Virus record (IMG/VR): IMGVR_UViG_3300025382_000006 | Direction: 5' to 3' (one strand) | DNA: 64,000 nt | Origin: an uncultured virus (IMG/VR IMGVR_UViG_3300025382_000006) | Lineage: Duplodnaviria > Heunggongvirae > Uroviricota > Caudoviricetes | Part shown: positions 9,970 to 18,601 of the stretch, piece after piece | How positions within the stretch are numbered: the first letter of the stretch is position 1 | Layout: every line of letters starts with the position of its first letter | The notes under the pieces: model-generated | The model's database searches: none | What the model was told of the DNA's origin: nothing | The model's input: the letters and a program-made list of their open reading frames with translations, nothing else | Program-made: the position numbers and the translations under genes

Positions 9970-10402
9970 AAGCTAGCGCAGGCCAACATCATGCGCCCAT
10001 GACAACTCGATAATAAGAGGGACGGAATTCTCCAGCCGTAGGAGTACTCAGCAACTATCCTTGACAGGACGTGGATCAGATATGCCTTCATACAACTGGT
10101 TTTGCTGTTTAGAAAGATTTCAAAAGGCTAAAAGAGGGGTTGTAGCCCCACGGTTTGTTGTGTGTTAGCGTATGCAACAAGCCCGCCGTCATATAAAGAC
10201 AGCATGAGTAGGTACCGGATGACCGCCTACGTTCTAGTGCTAACGCTAAGTGATATTGTTCGACTCAGATAATGTCCATTCGCTTTGCCCGCTAGGGCAA
10301 AGTGTGACTGAACGATCTAGATAATATCTTAACGCTTCGCGTTTAATTGTGAAGCTAGAATAGTTCGAGCGAAAGCGAAGAACAGAAGAACGCAGTTCTT
10401 CT
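9970..10402 (+). ncRNA. Candidate large structured RNA
   Basis: No ORF; more than 10 stems and two possible pseudoknots; G-U pairs favour the + strand; ends in a terminator-like hairpin. Confidence 0.6.
10384..10402. terminator. Hairpin between convergent units, likely terminator
   Basis: AGAAGAAC-GCA-GTTCTTCT immediately before the convergent stop at 10403-10405. Confidence 0.5.
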
Positions 10403-10642
10403 TTACAGTAATGGCATTCGCGTGTCTTGAGTGGCTTTGATATTGTCGTTGATAATGTTGTATATCATTTCACGATCTTCGTAACTGTAGGTCTGTAGTA
10501 GATCATTAACAGTTACACCCCCTCGCATATACCAACTGATTCTAAATAAGTCTTGTTTGAATTCTTTAACTTGATTGTCTAGCCTAATTAATTTCTGTTC
10601 AATCTCTTGGGGTGAGAGACTAATTAGGCTTGAACGAAAAAA
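10403..10642 (-). CDS. -1 frame extension of the gp26-like gene (gp51/GT-like segment); absent from ORF track
   Basis: Open frame FFRSSLISLSPQEIEQKLIRLDNQVKEFKQDLFRISWYMRGGV...RMPLL*, entered at slippery T TTT TTC. Confidence 0.7.
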   Translation of the reverse strand, partial: FFRSSLISLSPQEIEQKLIRLDNQVKEFKQDLFRISWYMRGGVTVNDLLQTYSYEDREMIYNIINDNIKATQDTRMPLL

Positions 10643-11448
10643 CTGCTTTGATCTAGATCCACAGACAGTTTGACTTCGGTTCCGCAGTTGTCACACTTGA
10701 CAGGAAACAAGGGCATGCTAAAGCGATCTGCATTGCCCTTGTTGTGATCTCTGATTTGATCAAACACATGTTTTTCGCAGTTGTCAATCCACTCTTCTAG
10801 GAATCTGCGTTCAGTTACCACTTGATTGTCAATCTCAACGCTTTCCACTACCATTTTGAATATTTCATTGTTGACCTGTGCCAGTTCAACAAACAGTCTA
10901 TTCAATACAGTTTGACGTTGGTCAGCATCTTCAATGGCTTCCACTTGTGAAATCTGTTGTTGTATCTTGAAGTTTTTAATACTGACGTCTGTGCTTTCTT
11001 TATAGTTCAAAGGGCGCAGTTTAACTGCCAGCTCGCCCACAATCAATTGATTGTCAAACTGTGTGGTCATGTAGTATTCAATGATTTTATTGAGTTCCAA
11101 GTCATATTCGTTTACAGTACCGCAGTTGTCACACTTGTGACTAACGCCCAGCTCGGGACCAAATGTGGCAATGCGTATGGCTGCCATGATAATGGGCAGG
11201 TCAATGTTGCTGACATCCCATGGATCTTTAATAGTGGGACAGCAACTGGCCACAATGGCTGCCGTACTTTCTCCTGTCAACAGGCTGTCGGGCGTTTTAA
11301 TTATAATTTCGTCCATGCCAGTCATGCCATAGACAGGAATGTGTTCAGGATCGCCCTGAATAGCACCAGGCTGATTGAAAACTCCTCCGCTGGGCAGGCG
11401 AATAAAAATTTTGGGTTGTCTAAAATACTTTTGTAAGGGGTTATTCAT
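10624..11448 (-). CDS. Baseplate hub assembly chaperone, gp26-like
   Basis: RLPSGG, AIRIATFG and two CxxC pairs (CDNC twice), as in T4-like gp26/gp51-type proteins. Confidence 0.7.
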   Translation of the reverse strand: MNNPLQKYFRQPKIFIRLPSGGVFNQPGAIQGDPEHIPVYGMTGMDEIIIKTPDSLLTGESTAAIVASCCPTIKDPWDVSNIDLPIIMAAIRIATFGPELGVSHKCDNCGTVNEYDLELNKIIEYYMTTQFDNQLIVGELAVKLRPLNYKESTDVSIKNFKIQQQISQVEAIEDADQRQTVLNRLFVELAQVNNEIFKMVVESVEIDNQVVTERRFLEEWIDNCEKHVFDQIRDHNKGNADRFSMPLFPVKCDNCGTEVKLSVDLDQSSFFVQA

Positions 11449-11473
11449 GCTGTCTCCAAATGGGATTATGTGT

Positions 11474-11481
11474 TATTTATA
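11474..11481 (-). promoter_or_regulatory. Late promoter, full TATAAATA
   Basis: TATTTATA on + strand upstream of 11448. Confidence 0.75.
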
Positions 11482-11536
11482 TGCGTATTTTTTGGTGTAT
11501 TTTTTATTCAAACAGTCTAACAGGTAAATATACGAT

Positions 11537-12649
11537 ATGAAAGTCTACGAAATTATATCTGAAACTTGGTACAATCCCTTGACTTGGGGACAGTCAGCCG
11601 CTCCAACAGTAAATCCTGTGACCAAGGCAGTGGCCGCTGTTACGCCTAAAGAAATGGCGGCGGCCTTGAAAAACATCAAAAAAGATCCAGCAGCCTACTT
11701 AAAAGTAATTAACAAGCGTATTGAAGCAGGCGAGTTTGCCAAGGACATTGAAGCGGCCAAGAGCGCAGGCACTAGTCGCATGGGCATGACTTGGTGGGGA
11801 GTGTTCAAGGCCATTGGTTTTGCCACTGCCTGTTATGAACTGTGGGCACACTTGGCCGCAGTGGAAGCAGACTATCGTGCAGGACAGCGTGGACAGAAAA
11901 ATCCAGATCCAACAGGACTGGTCAAAGACATGCCTGGCGATGCTTCCATGGAATTCAACGAAGGCGAATACAAAGAATGGCGCAGATTCTATATTGGTCT
12001 ATGGGAAGCACAAGTGGCACTGCCTTTGATAGTTGGCATGATCAAAAAGATCAGCAATGTGTTCATGCTCACTAGAGCCATAGTGGGCATACTCAGTGTT
12101 GCTGGCAGCTTGGCCACATTTGGCGGAGCATTTCTAGGATTTGTCAGTTTTGAAGTATTGACACAGGCAGTGCAGTGGTGGTTAATGAGTCCACAAGGAC
12201 AAGAATGGGCTGTGAAAAATTTATTTGGTCCGTTAACACTTGCTGGTGAAGTGGGTGAAGACGCTTGGCTAATATTCTACAAAGGTGTAAGTGGATTTAA
12301 GAAAGCCATGAAGAGTGGCGACATGTCAGATCTAGCCAAGGGCGACAACTACTATGATGTTACCAAAGCTGAAAGAGATAAAGATCCTAGGCTGGCCAAA
12401 CGAGATGCCGAACTGGGCAATGCAGATAATGTACAATCTGGCACTAACTCTGTGGTAGTGGGCGGAGTGCGCATTACAGACAAGGATGGCTATCTCTTGC
12501 CCTATGCAGACAGCTGGGGACAGGTCAAGTATGCTATACAATATGATCCCAAAGAAAAAGCCAAGTATGATGCTGTTGTGGCCAAGGGCAAACCACCAGC
12601 AACTGCCGCAGAAAAACAACCCGGATATGGAAGTTTTGACAGCATGTAG
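11537..12649 (+). CDS. Hypothetical virion (internal?) protein with hydrophobic segments
   Basis: 370 aa; starts MKVYEIISE; TAAATA at 11525-11530. Confidence 0.6.
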   Translation: MKVYEIISETWYNPLTWGQSAAPTVNPVTKAVAAVTPKEMAAALKNIKKDPAAYLKVINKRIEAGEFAKDIEAAKSAGTSRMGMTWWGVFKAIGFATACYELWAHLAAVEADYRAGQRGQKNPDPTGLVKDMPGDASMEFNEGEYKEWRRFYIGLWEAQVALPLIVGMIKKISNVFMLTRAIVGILSVAGSLATFGGAFLGFVSFEVLTQAVQWWLMSPQGQEWAVKNLFGPLTLAGEVGEDAWLIFYKGVSGFKKAMKSGDMSDLAKGDNYYDVTKAERDKDPRLAKRDAELGNADNVQSGTNSVVVGGVRITDKDGYLLPYADSWGQVKYAIQYDPKEKAKYDAVVAKGKPPATAAEKQPGYGSFDSM

Positions 12650-12682
12650 CACAGTTGGTTAAACTAGCAGTTAATTCAATCC

Positions 12683-12690
12683 TATAAATA
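12683..12690 (+). promoter_or_regulatory. Late promoter TATAAATA
   Basis: Exact T4 late consensus upstream of 12715. Confidence 0.75.
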
Positions 12691-12714
12691 TAAAATATAT
12701 TTCTAGGATTTTTT

Positions 12715-15000
12715 ATGGCCGACACTCCACCACCAATTGACGAACGCGGTGCCAAGCTGATTGCTGATGCTATTGCCAAGAACCAAGGTGGTAACTCGGC
12801 TCCTAAAAGCACAGGCCCAGTAACAACTGGATTTGAAAAAGCAGACTCTTATGCTGGATCAGTTGGTGACAAACTAAAAGAAAGATTAGGTGTAGGAGCG
12901 GACGCGGCCGGTAAAGGTCTGAGTGATCTAAAGGCTGCCACTCAAGAAAACATAGGTGCTTTTCAGAATCTAAGTAAATCTGGTGCAAATTTCAGCAACG
13001 ACCTAGTGGGCATGCGAGCCGCTCAAGCAGGCAGTCGAGTCAGTCTAGGTGAATTTACAGATACCATACAAAAAAACAATACAGCGTTTGTTGGCTTAGG
13101 TGGTAACGTCAGTAAGGGAGCAGAAAACTTTGCTAAACTTACAAAAGAAATGTATGATAACAATGCCGTTGAGACAGATAGACTGCGCTCAATGGGTATT
13201 ACCAACAAAGAACTTAACGATACTCTAGCATTACAAATCAGTTTCCAACGAGGAAGTTTCAAAGATAATAAAGAAGGTCACGAAGAAAGTATCAAAGCCG
13301 CTACGGAACTAGCGGATCAAATGAATAAAACTGCTATCTTGACAGGTAAGAGTCGTCAAGAACAAGAAGATGCTTTGAAGAAAGCACAAGCAGACTCGAT
13401 GGTTGAAGCCAAGTTTAGATTACTGGGCGCACAACAAGGTCCTGAAGCAGAAGCCAAAGCACGTAAAGAATTCGCTATTCAAATGCAACAGGCTGAAGCA
13501 CGTGGTCAAGGTCAGTTCTTCAAAGAAGTATTTGCTACAGGTCATGCCATCAGTCAAGAAGCCGCAACTCAAAGTGCAATGTTGGGCAAACAAGCTATTG
13601 CTACAGCTGAACAAGCTAAGGCCACAGCAAGAGGCGACCACGAAGCCGCTAGTAAATTTAATGAACAAGCCCGTGTTGAACAACTAGCCAACAGTAAAAA
13701 TACTTCCATAATGACTGCGGCCCTGTATGGTGATGTAGGCGGAGCATACAACAAACAAGCACAGCAACAATTAAAAAACGATCAAGCAGTATACGATGCA
13801 CGTAAGAAATTAGAACAAGATGCTAATTTTGCTAAACTAAGTGATCAACAAAAACTAGCCGCAATTGACAAACAAGTTGCTGAAGATGCTGCCGCCAAAA
13901 AGAAAGATGGTACAGATAAAGAAGGCGCCGCAACTACTAAAGCCGCATTAAACATTGAACAACGCATGAATGATGCTGGCTCGGCAGTAATGAACAAGTT
14001 GGTAAATCCGCTAAATGAAAAAGCAGGACCTTCTATTAATAAATTTGCAGATACTGCACTAGGAGCACAAACTAAACTCAGCAATGGACAAGTAGTAACT
14101 AAACCTCAAGCATTTGAACTAGGAGTTACACAAGGATATAAAGGCTACGATGGTAAAAGTCCTACACCTACAGATTTAGGCAGTAAAGCATTGAGTACAG
14201 TAGGAGCTGTAGGCAAAGGAGCAGAAACTGTTGCTAAAGGTGTAGGCAAGGTTGTAGATTTTGGTAAAGAAGCAATCAATGGCACACAACCTAAAGAACA
14301 ACGAGACGGTGGTACACTGGAAAAAACTGGAAGTCCTGTAGAACCTGCTGACGTGATTGCAAAAATTCACAAAGGTGAAGCTGTGCTAAAACCCGAAGCT
14401 GTGCAAAACATGGGTCTTAAGATGTCTGAAATGAGTAAAATGGTTCAGACTACTATTAGCAGTGCAGGCGGACCAGGAGGCAAAGATCCAAAAGAAATAA
14501 TGGAGGAAGCCAAACGTAGGTTTGAAAGCCTTAAGATAGAAGATATACCTAAACTAGATGCAGGAGGTGGATTAGAAGCTGCCAAGAAAAAAGCAAGTGA
14601 GGAAAGCAATAAATTAGTTAAAGCATCCGGCGCCGACAAAATAACAGAAGCATTACCAAAAGGCATAGAAGGATTTGGCGGAATAAAATTACCAAACTTT
14701 GATGAAATTGAAAAGACAGCAACTAAAATTAGTCCTCCCAAAGTTGACAACAAAGCTGATGCAGAAACTAAGGCCAAAGCTGATGCAGAAGCCAAAGCTA
14801 AGACTGCTAAAGAACAGCCTGCAGATCAAAAAACTGCGCCTGCTGTTGGAGAAATATCCATGAAAGATCTCAATGCCAGCTTACATCAGTTAAATATAAC
14901 TATGAAGCAAGTGCTGACTTATACACAACAGACTGCTACGGCAGCCCAAGCCCAAGTTAAGGCCACTAAGAGTTTGTCAGGCAACAAGTTTGCCACCTAA
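12715..15000 (+). CDS. Tape-measure-like / baseplate hub protein, putative
   Basis: 761 aa Ala/Lys/Gln-rich helical protein close to the chaperone gene. Confidence 0.5.
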   Translation: MADTPPPIDERGAKLIADAIAKNQGGNSAPKSTGPVTTGFEKADSYAGSVGDKLKERLGVGADAAGKGLSDLKAATQENIGAFQNLSKSGANFSNDLVGMRAAQAGSRVSLGEFTDTIQKNNTAFVGLGGNVSKGAENFAKLTKEMYDNNAVETDRLRSMGITNKELNDTLALQISFQRGSFKDNKEGHEESIKAATELADQMNKTAILTGKSRQEQEDALKKAQADSMVEAKFRLLGAQQGPEAEAKARKEFAIQMQQAEARGQGQFFKEVFATGHAISQEAATQSAMLGKQAIATAEQAKATARGDHEAASKFNEQARVEQLANSKNTSIMTAALYGDVGGAYNKQAQQQLKNDQAVYDARKKLEQDANFAKLSDQQKLAAIDKQVAEDAAAKKKDGTDKEGAATTKAALNIEQRMNDAGSAVMNKLVNPLNEKAGPSINKFADTALGAQTKLSNGQVVTKPQAFELGVTQGYKGYDGKSPTPTDLGSKALSTVGAVGKGAETVAKGVGKVVDFGKEAINGTQPKEQRDGGTLEKTGSPVEPADVIAKIHKGEAVLKPEAVQNMGLKMSEMSKMVQTTISSAGGPGGKDPKEIMEEAKRRFESLKIEDIPKLDAGGGLEAAKKKASEESNKLVKASGADKITEALPKGIEGFGGIKLPNFDEIEKTATKISPPKVDNKADAETKAKADAEAKAKTAKEQPADQKTAPAVGEISMKDLNASLHQLNITMKQVLTYTQQTATAAQAQVKATKSLSGNKFAT

Positions 15001-15012
15001 GGATAACATACG

Positions 15013-16740
15013 ATGACATGGAAAAAGTATTTCCAACCTGTAACGGTTGATAGTCAATTAAGCCCAATCAGCGGACTTAATGGCAGTGGCGGCCGACCAG
15101 GACCTGCACGTACTAATTACTCCAGTTATCTTCCTGATGTATACACAGGCAGTCCAAATCGTGTTGAACGCTATCAACAATATGAAGTTATGGACTCAGA
15201 TCCAGAAGTCAATGCCGCATTGGATATTTTGGCCGAATTCTGTACACAAAAACTCAAAGATGGTAAAAGTGCCTTTGCTGTCAAGTGGCGACAAAAGGCC
15301 ACTAATGCTGAAATTAAAATTGTAGGCGAGTATCTACAGCAGTGGAATCGCTTGCAAGACTTTGATAAACGTATATTCCGTATTGTACGTAATACTTTTA
15401 AGTATGGTGATGCTTTCTTTATTCGTGATCCAGAAAATCAAAAATGGTCATGGGTTGAGACAAGTCAAATTATCAAAGTTATTGTTAACGAAAGCGAAGG
15501 CAAAAAGCCAGAGCAGTACATTATTAAAGACCTAGCACCTAATTTTGTTAATCTAGTTGCTACACAAATCACTCCTAATATTAATCCACGACAAGGTGGA
15601 GGTGGCCCACAGTCTGTAGGCGGTTACTCAGGACAAAGCGGTGGAGCTAAAGGCAGTGCAGGTTCTAGCAGTAGCAGTCGTTTTGGTTTACAAATGACAG
15701 AACATGCTATAAACGCAGAACATGTAGTGCATTTAAGTTTGAGTGAAGGGTTAGACAATAACTATCCATTTGGCAATAGTTTATTAGAAAATGTCTACAA
15801 AGTTTACAAACAAAAAGAATTATTAGAAGATGCGATTCTTATCTATCGTATAAGTCGTGCTCCAGAACGTCGTGTGTTTACCATTGACGTGGGTAATATG
15901 CCCAGTCATTTGGCCATGGCCTTTGTTGAGCGTGTTAAAAACGAAATCCACCAACGTCGTATTCCGTCACAAACAGGAGGCGGACAGAACGTCATAGACT
16001 CTGCATACAACCCTCTCAGCATCAATGAAGATTACTTCTTCCCTAAAACAGCAGACGGCAAAGGATCAGACGTCAAGATGCTAGAAGGCGGTAAGAATAT
16101 AGGCGAAATTGATGACTTGAAGTACTTTACTAACAAGTTATTCCGTGGATTACGTATACCTAGCAGTTACTTGCCAACAGGGCAAGACGACAGTCAAAGT
16201 AACTTTAATGACGGTCGTGTGGGCACAGCTTACATACAGGAACTGCGCTTCAACAAGTATTGCGAACGCTTACAAAGTTTAATTACCACAGTATTTGACG
16301 AAGAATTTAAGATGTTCATGAGCAGTAAAGGCATGAACATTGATCCAGCATTGTTTGAAGTAGAGTTTAATCCTCCAATGAACTTTGCAAGTAGTCGTCA
16401 AGCGGCCATAGATGCAGAGCGTATCAACACATTTAATACAATTCAAGCAGTTCCTTTCATGTCAAAGCGTTTTGCATTGAAACGTTTCTTGGGTTTGACA
16501 GACGAAGAAGTAGCAGAAAACGAACGTTTCTGGGCAGAAGAAAATGGCAAGGGACAACCTACAAGTACTGACGCCGCAGGTGAATTGCGTAGCGCAGGAC
16601 TTAGTGCCGCAGGTATGGCAGGCGATGCAGATGCCGCAGGAGACTTGTCAGCACCAGATGATATGAGTTCCGACGAAGCTACACCAAGTCCAGGAGCCGC
16701 GGCAGCTCCTCCAGCCGCTGGCGCCGCACCAGCCGCATAA
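15013..16740 (+). CDS. gp20: Portal protein
   Basis: LLEDAILIYRISRAPERRVFTIDVGNMP, EDYFFP, LRIPSSYL, ELRFNKY. Confidence 0.95.
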   Translation: MTWKKYFQPVTVDSQLSPISGLNGSGGRPGPARTNYSSYLPDVYTGSPNRVERYQQYEVMDSDPEVNAALDILAEFCTQKLKDGKSAFAVKWRQKATNAEIKIVGEYLQQWNRLQDFDKRIFRIVRNTFKYGDAFFIRDPENQKWSWVETSQIIKVIVNESEGKKPEQYIIKDLAPNFVNLVATQITPNINPRQGGGGPQSVGGYSGQSGGAKGSAGSSSSSRFGLQMTEHAINAEHVVHLSLSEGLDNNYPFGNSLLENVYKVYKQKELLEDAILIYRISRAPERRVFTIDVGNMPSHLAMAFVERVKNEIHQRRIPSQTGGGQNVIDSAYNPLSINEDYFFPKTADGKGSDVKMLEGGKNIGEIDDLKYFTNKLFRGLRIPSSYLPTGQDDSQSNFNDGRVGTAYIQELRFNKYCERLQSLITTVFDEEFKMFMSSKGMNIDPALFEVEFNPPMNFASSRQAAIDAERINTFNTIQAVPFMSKRFALKRFLGLTDEEVAENERFWAEENGKGQPTSTDAAGELRSAGLSAAGMAGDADAAGDLSAPDDMSSDEATPSPGAAAAPPAAGAAPAA

Positions 16741-16747
16741 ATACAAT

Positions 16748-16990
16748 ATGATACTTAGAGAATTGTTTTACATCGATCCAGACACACGCCATGTGGCTAA
16801 TGATCTGCGCTACGAACCTAATCGCGATGGCGATATGGTGCATAGAAGTGATACTCGTAAAACAAGATTAACTCTTAAACAAATTAACGAGCTACGTAAG
16901 AGTACGGAAGCTCACATATTGGAACAGGAAAGCGAATTAGAATTTATACATTCAATGTACGCCACACCACCAGCTCCAGCTGGTGCCTAA
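16748..16990 (+). CDS. Small head-module protein
   Basis: 80-aa ORF between portal and core genes; TAAATA 4 nt upstream. Confidence 0.7.
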   Translation: MILRELFYIDPDTRHVANDLRYEPNRDGDMVHRSDTRKTRLTLKQINELRKSTEAHILEQESELEFIHSMYATPPAPAGA

Positions 16991-17104
16991 CAAAATAAGT
17001 AAAAATAGTCAAAAACTGACTATTTTCAGCCTTTATATGCACTAATATTCTCATTTAGTGTAAATAATAGACAGCCTTGTATCACAACAACAGGAGAATT
17101 TAAC

Positions 17105-17938
17105 ATGACTGACCGCGCTCAATTCGAAGCAATGCTTGAAGCTTTAATCAATGATGATACTGACCAAGCTAAAGAAATATTCCACAATATCGTAGTTTCT
17201 AAATCACGTGAAATTTACGAAGAACTACTAGCCGAAGACTTTGAACAAGACAAAGGCAATCCTTATGCTAAGGAAGAAGAGGAAGAAGAGGAAGAAGAAG
17301 AATCTGTAGGTGACGAGGAAGAATCCGAAGAACCAGAAGATGATGGTGAAGAGCCAGAAGATGATGGTGAAGATCCAGAAGATGACGGCGAAGAAGAGCC
17401 AGATTTTGGTGACGAAGAGGGTGAAGACGGTGATATCGAAGATCGCGTAATGGATCTAGAAGATGCATTGGAAGACCTAAAAGCAGAATTTGAACAACTA
17501 TTGTCACAAGAAGGCGAAGAAGGACATCACGACATGGACGCAATCCATGACGCAGGACATGACATGGACATGGGCATGGACGAAGAAGATGGTATGGGTA
17601 GTCCAGAGCCAATGATGGAATACTACAAGAAAGTATCCGTAACACATGGTGACAATGGACAAAATACAAAGTCAACAATTGACAACATGAAGAACGATAT
17701 GGGTGGAACAACTGCTAATATCGCTAAGAACTTCAGCACAACAAGCGGTGGAACAACTGGCGGACTAGCTAAGAATACACCAGACGACTTGACTAAAGGC
17801 ATGAACGTACACAATCGTGTACAATCAAATGCAGGTAAAACAGCATTTAAGAAGCATGAACCAGGTCATGGTCCAGAAAAAGCTGGCAAGAAAGAAACTG
17901 CTGATAACAAGCAGAGCATCTTGAAAGCACGTAAGTAA
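17105..17938 (+). CDS. Acidic prohead core-like protein
   Basis: Very D/E-rich; position between portal and protease like T4 gp67/68; SD AGGAG; TAAATA at 17061. Confidence 0.6.
   Translation: MTDRAQFEAMLEALINDDTDQAKEIFHNIVVSKSREIYEELLAEDFEQDKGNPYAKEEEEEEEEEESVGDEEESEEPEDDGEEPEDDGEDPEDDGEEEPDFGDEEGEDGDIEDRVMDLEDALEDLKAEFEQLLSQEGEEGHHDMDAIHDAGHDMDMGMDEEDGMGSPEPMMEYYKKVSVTHGDNGQNTKSTIDNMKNDMGGTTANIAKNFSTTSGGTTGGLAKNTPDDLTKGMNVHNRVQSNAGKTAFKKHEPGHGPEKAGKKETADNKQSILKARK
17327..17389 (+). repeat. Three imperfect 21-bp tandem repeats (EEPEDDG)
   Basis: gaagaNccagaagatgaYggY three times. Confidence 0.8.
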
Positions 17939-17950
17939 TAAGAGACGACA

Positions 17951-18586
17951 TTGAAAAATATGTTATACCTCCGAGAGAATCTCAGTTTCAACGAAGCAAA
18001 AATGATCGTTGAATCTGATGACAAAGACGGTAAGAACTTGTACATGTCCGGGATTTGTATCCAGGGCGGTATACGTAACGCTAACCAGCGTGTTTACCCT
18101 GTTAATGAGATTGGCAAGGCTGTTAAGACCCTTAACGATCAGATTCAGAACGGTTATTCAGTTCTCGGAGAAGTAGATCATCCAGATGATCTAAAAATTA
18201 ACCTGGATCGTGTAAGTCACATGATAGTTAATATGTGGATGGACGGTCCTAATGGTTACGGTAAACTGAAAATTTTACCAACCCCTATGGGACAGCTTAT
18301 CAAGACAATGCTGGAAAGCGGAGTCAAGCTAGGTGTTTCAAGTCGCGGATCCGGAAACGTCAGAGATGACGGATCCGGTGAAGTATCAGATTTTGAGATT
18401 ATCACAGTAGATATGGTAGCTCAACCCAGTGCTCCAGGAGCATATCCTACACCAATTTACGAACACTTGATGAATAATCGCGGTGGTCTAAATGCCTTGC
18501 GTATAGCGCAAGAGGTCAAGGGAGATCCTAAAGCACAGAAATATCTCAAAGAGAGCTTATTATCAATAATAAGCAAACTCCAATAA
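17951..18586 (+). CDS. gp21: Prohead protease
   Basis: NANQRVYP, GEVDHP, VSH, LGVSSRGSG, DMVAQPSAPGAY. Confidence 0.95.
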   Translation: MKNMLYLRENLSFNEAKMIVESDDKDGKNLYMSGICIQGGIRNANQRVYPVNEIGKAVKTLNDQIQNGYSVLGEVDHPDDLKINLDRVSHMIVNMWMDGPNGYGKLKILPTPMGQLIKTMLESGVKLGVSSRGSGNVRDDGSGEVSDFEIITVDMVAQPSAPGAYPTPIYEHLMNNRGGLNALRIAQEVKGDPKAQKYLKESLLSIISKLQ

Positions 18587-18601
18587 CAAGGAGAATCATA
18601 T

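Noticed and set aside
9532..10402. Group I intron carrying a GIY-YIG homing endonuclease
   Set aside because: No interrupted host gene on either side; AGATAATGTCC only loosely resembles the S element and no convincing P7/P3 core could be built. A cmscan would settle it.
9970..10402. RNase P RNA, tmRNA or tRNA
   Set aside because: No GAGGAAAGUCC P4 motif, no tRNA-like ends, and no cloverleaf ending in CCA.
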